DNA of 64,000 nt, from assembly GCA_027923505.1 (NCBI GenBank), contig BROI01000010.1, positions 1 through 64,000 on the forward strand. The letters are read 5' to 3'. Source of the DNA: Mayamaea pseudoterrestris (Eukaryota). The position numbers and the translations under genes were made by a program. Shown piece by piece: positions 60,501-64,000 of the stretch (positions are counted from its first letter, which is position 1; every line of letters starts with the position of its first letter). The notes beneath the pieces are model-generated. The model worked only from the letters and a program-made list of their open reading frames with translations, ran no database searches and was not told the origin of the DNA.

Positions 60501-63500
60501 CATTGGGTTGTTGGGTGGCCCAGGGCATGGGGCATTGTTGGGTATGATTCCATAATTTGGGGTGTTGGCCACCCCTTCTTGTACTTTATTCCATGCTGTA
60601 GGCCTCCAGGCAGTCCGTTTTGTACCATGTCAGACCATCCTCATGTCAATGGCACACCCTGGACATGTTTGCATGACTCATTGGGTTGTTGGGTGATCAG
60701 GGGACGGGGCATTGTAGTGGTATGGTTTCTTAATTTGGGGTGTTGGCCACACCCATTTTGCAGATGGTGTAGGCTTCCAGGCAGTCCGTTTTGCACCATT
60801 TCAGCCTATCCTCATGTCAATGGCACACCCTCGACATGTTTTTGCCTGACTCATTGGGTTGTTGGATGTGGCCAGGGCATGGGGCATTGTAGTGGTATGA
60901 TTCCATAATTTGGGTTGTTGGCCACACCCATCTTGTAGACCATTCCATGCTGTAGGCCTAGGCAGTCCGTTTTGTACCATGTCAGACCATCCTCATGTCA
61001 GTGGCACACCCTGGACATGTTTTGCATGACTCATTGGGTTGTTGGGTGATCAGGGACGGGGCATTGTGGTGGTATGATTCTGTGGTTTTGGTGTTGGCCA
61101 CACCCATTTTGCAGATGGTGTAGGCCTCAGGCAGTCCGTTTGTTCAGCCCACATCCATGTCATGGCACACCCTGGACATGTATTGCCTGGCTCATTGGGT
61201 TGTTGGGTGGCCAGAGCATGTCGAGGCATTGTAGTAGGTATGATTCCATAATTTGGGGTGTTAGCCACACCCATCTTGTAGACCATTCCCATGGTGTAGG
61301 CCTCCAGGCAGTCCATTTTGTACCATGTCAGACCATCCTCATGTCAATGGCACACCCTGGACATATTTTGCATGACTCATTGAGTTGTTCGATATGATCA
61401 GGGGCGGGGCATTGTGTGGTATGATTCCGCCAATTTGTATGGGTTGGCCCCCCCCATTTGCAGATGGTGTGGCCTCCCAGGCAGTCAGTGTGCATTATTC
61501 AGCATCCTCATGTCAATGGCACACCCTAAACTTGTTTTGCCTGACTCATTGGGTTGTTGGGTGGCCAGGGCATGGGGCATTGTAGTGGTATGATTCCATA
61601 ATTTGGGGTGTTGGCCACACCCATCTTGTAGACCATTCCATACTGTAGATCTCCAGGCAGTCCATTTTGTGCCATGTCCAGACCATCCTCATGTCAATGG
61701 CACCCACTGGACATGTTTGCATGACTCATTGGGTTGTTGGGTGATCAAGGGACGGGGCATTATGGTAGTATGATTCCATAATTTGTATGGGTTGGCCACA
61801 CCCATTTTGCAGATGGTGTGAGCCTCCCAGGCGATCCGTTTCCATCATTTCAGCCCATCCTCATGTCAGCCGCACACCCTAAGCTTATGTTTTGCCCACG
61901 ACTCATTGGGTTGTTAATTTGGCCAGGGCATGGGGCATTGTAGGAGTATGATTCCATAATTTGGGGTGTTGGCCACACCCATCTTGTAGACCATTCCATG
62001 CTGTGAGCCTCCAGGCAGTCCGTTTTGTACCATGTCAGACCATCCACTCAAGTCAATGGCACACCCTGGACATGTTTGCATGACTCATTGGGTTGTTGGG
62101 TGATCAGGGGACGGGGCATTGTGGTGAATCAGTTCCATAGTTTGGGGTGTTGGCCCACCCATTTTGGATGGTGTGAGCCTCCAGGCAGTCCGTTTTGCAC
62201 CATTTCCGCCCCATCCCTCCAATGGCACACCCTGGACATGTTTTGCCTGGCTCATTGTGGTTTGTTGGTGAGCCGGGCATGAGAGCATTGTAGTGGTATG
62301 ATTTCCATAATTTGGGGTGTTGGCCACACCCATCTTGTAGACCATTCCATGCCTGTAGGCCTCCAGGCAGTCGTTTTGTACTGCATGTCAGCATCCCACC
62401 TCATGTCAATGGCACACCCTGGACATGTTTTGCCTGACTCATGTTGGGTGATCGGGGCGGGGCATTGGTGGCTTGTTGGGGGTTGGCCCCCCATTTGTTG
62501 CCAGATGGTGTAGGCCTCTCAGGCAGTCGTTTGCACCATTTCAGCCCATCACTCATGTCAATGGCACACCCTGGACATGTTTTGCCTGGCTCATTGGGGT
62601 TGGGTGGCCAGGGCATGGGAGCATTTTGGGGTTGATTCCATAATTTGGGGTGTTGGCCACACCCGTCTTGTAGACCATTCCATGCTGTAAGCCTCCAGGC
62701 AGTCGTTTTGTACATGTCAGACCATCCTCAAGTCAATGGCACCCTGGACATATTTTTGCCTGACTCATTGGGTTGTTGGGTGATCGGGGGGGCGATTGTG
62801 GTGGTATGATTCCATAATTTGGGGTGTTGGCCACACCCCATTTTGCAGATGGTCGTAGGCCTCGCAGGCGTCCGTTTTGCACCATTCCGGCCCATCCTCA
62901 TGTCAGCCAGCACACCCTGGACGTGTTTTGTCTGGCTCATTAGGGTTGTTGGGTGGCCGGGGCATGGGGCATTGTAGTGAGCCTTGATTCCATAATTTGG
63001 GGTGTTGGCCACACCCATCTTGTCATTATGCTCCAGCTGAGCCTCCAGGCAGTCCGTTTTGTACCATGTCAGACCATCCTCATGTCAATGGCACACCCTG
63101 GACATGTTTTGCCTGACTCATTGGGTTGTTGGGTGATCAGGGGATGGGGCATTGTGGTGGTATGGATCTCCATAATTTGGGGTGTCCACACCCATTTTGC
63201 AGATGTGCGGGCCTCCAGTCAATCCGTTGCATTTCAGCCCCATCCTCATGTCATGGCACACCCTGGACATGTTTTGCCTGGCTCATTGGGTTGTTGGGTG
63301 GCCCAGGCATGGGGGCATTGTAGTGGTATGATTCCACCAATTTGGGGTGTTGGCCACACCCATCTTGTTGAACCATTCCATGCTGTAGGCCTCCAGGCAG
63401 TCCGTTTTGTACCATGTCGGACCATCCTCATGTCAATATGGCACACCCTGGACATGTTTTGCCTGACTCATTGGGTTGTTGGGTGATCAGGGGAGGGGCA

Positions 63501-63630
63501 TTGTGGTGGTATGATTCCATAATTTTGGGGTGTTGGCCACACCCATTTTGCAGATGGTGTAGGCCTCCAGTCAGTCCGTTTTGCCCTTTTCGCCCATCCT
63601 CCAGCTCACCCTGGACATGTTTTCTGACAT
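51590..63630. repeat. Satellite 3: ~12-kb array of alternating ~180-bp (A) and ~171-bp (B) monomers (~350-bp dimer)
   Basis: Recurrent CCTGGACATG...TGACTCATTGGGTTGTTGGGTG. A carries TGGCCAGGGCATGGGG and CATCTTGTAGACCATTCCATGC; B carries TGATCAGGGACGGGG and CATTTTGCAGATGG. Example spacings: 60661 to 60832 to 61013. Confidence 0.95.
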
Positions 63631-63639
63631 CATTAGTTG

Positions 63640-64000
63640 TGGGCGTTGAATGTCACAGCATCTGCGGGCTGAGTGGTGACAAGTTGTCACCAATATCCGT
63701 ACTGTTAAGAGACACTTGCCAGGCGCACCATCTTGTGGCGCAGCCTGAATAATGATGTTGGCACCATTCTGGTGTCATTTGGAGTGTATACATGGCCTGC
63801 TGAAGATTATTTTTGAATGTTATAGCATCTGCAGGCTGAGACTGGTGACAAGTTGTCACCAATATCTGCCATCCCCTGAGACACTAGCCAGACGCCACCA
63901 TCTTGGCGCAGCTGAATAATGAAGTTGGCACAATTCTGGTGTCATTTGGGTGTGTACATGGCCTGCTGTAGGGTTGTTTGAATGTCCGCGGCATCTGCAG
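63640..64000 (-). repeat. Satellite 1 resumes (minus orientation) and runs off the window
   Basis: GGTGACAAGTTGTCACCAATAT at ~63675 and ~63844, and GCAGCCTGAATAATGATGTTGGCAC. Confidence 0.9.

Noticed and set aside
51590..63630. Satellite 3 as a repeat-protein gene, since 180 and 171 are both multiples of 3
   Set aside because: The consensus as I read it has stop codons in all six frames within a dimer.

Overview
This is eukaryotic nuclear DNA, most likely from a diatom: it has GT-AG introns, ASAFAP-type plastid presequences, an FCP light-harvesting gene and a diatom-type Ty1/copia element. The window has three parts. (i) 1-2802 is the 5' part of a frameshifted copia (CoDi-like) LTR retrotransposon on the minus strand. 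It has a 329-bp LTR and an unusual primer-binding site matching a tRNA-Asn anticodon arm, and it directly abuts a 169-bp satellite (2803-5145). (ii) 5.3-44.3 kb is a compact block of 19 intact genes: FCP, eIF4G, ALDH, AlaRS, LCB1, RPL17, a repeat-rich membrane protein, a signal-peptide ubiquilin-like protein, JMJD7, nicotinamidase, FGAM synthase, a flavin-reductase-like protein, SCYL1, a VASt protein, plastid PGK, GRWD1, a bZIP factor and a hypothetical protein. (iii) 46.3-64 kb holds a ferredoxin pseudogene and then ~17 kb of three nucleosome-sized satellites. These are the 169-bp family in inverted orientation, a ~183-bp family, and a ~12-kb alternating 180/171-bp dimeric array whose monomers carry a TGACTCAT site and a canonical G-quadruplex motif. 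Sequence in the retroelement and beyond ~49.5 kb is indel-rich and may be unpolished long-read consensus, so fine detail there is uncertain. All family assignments come from motif recognition, not from database searches.
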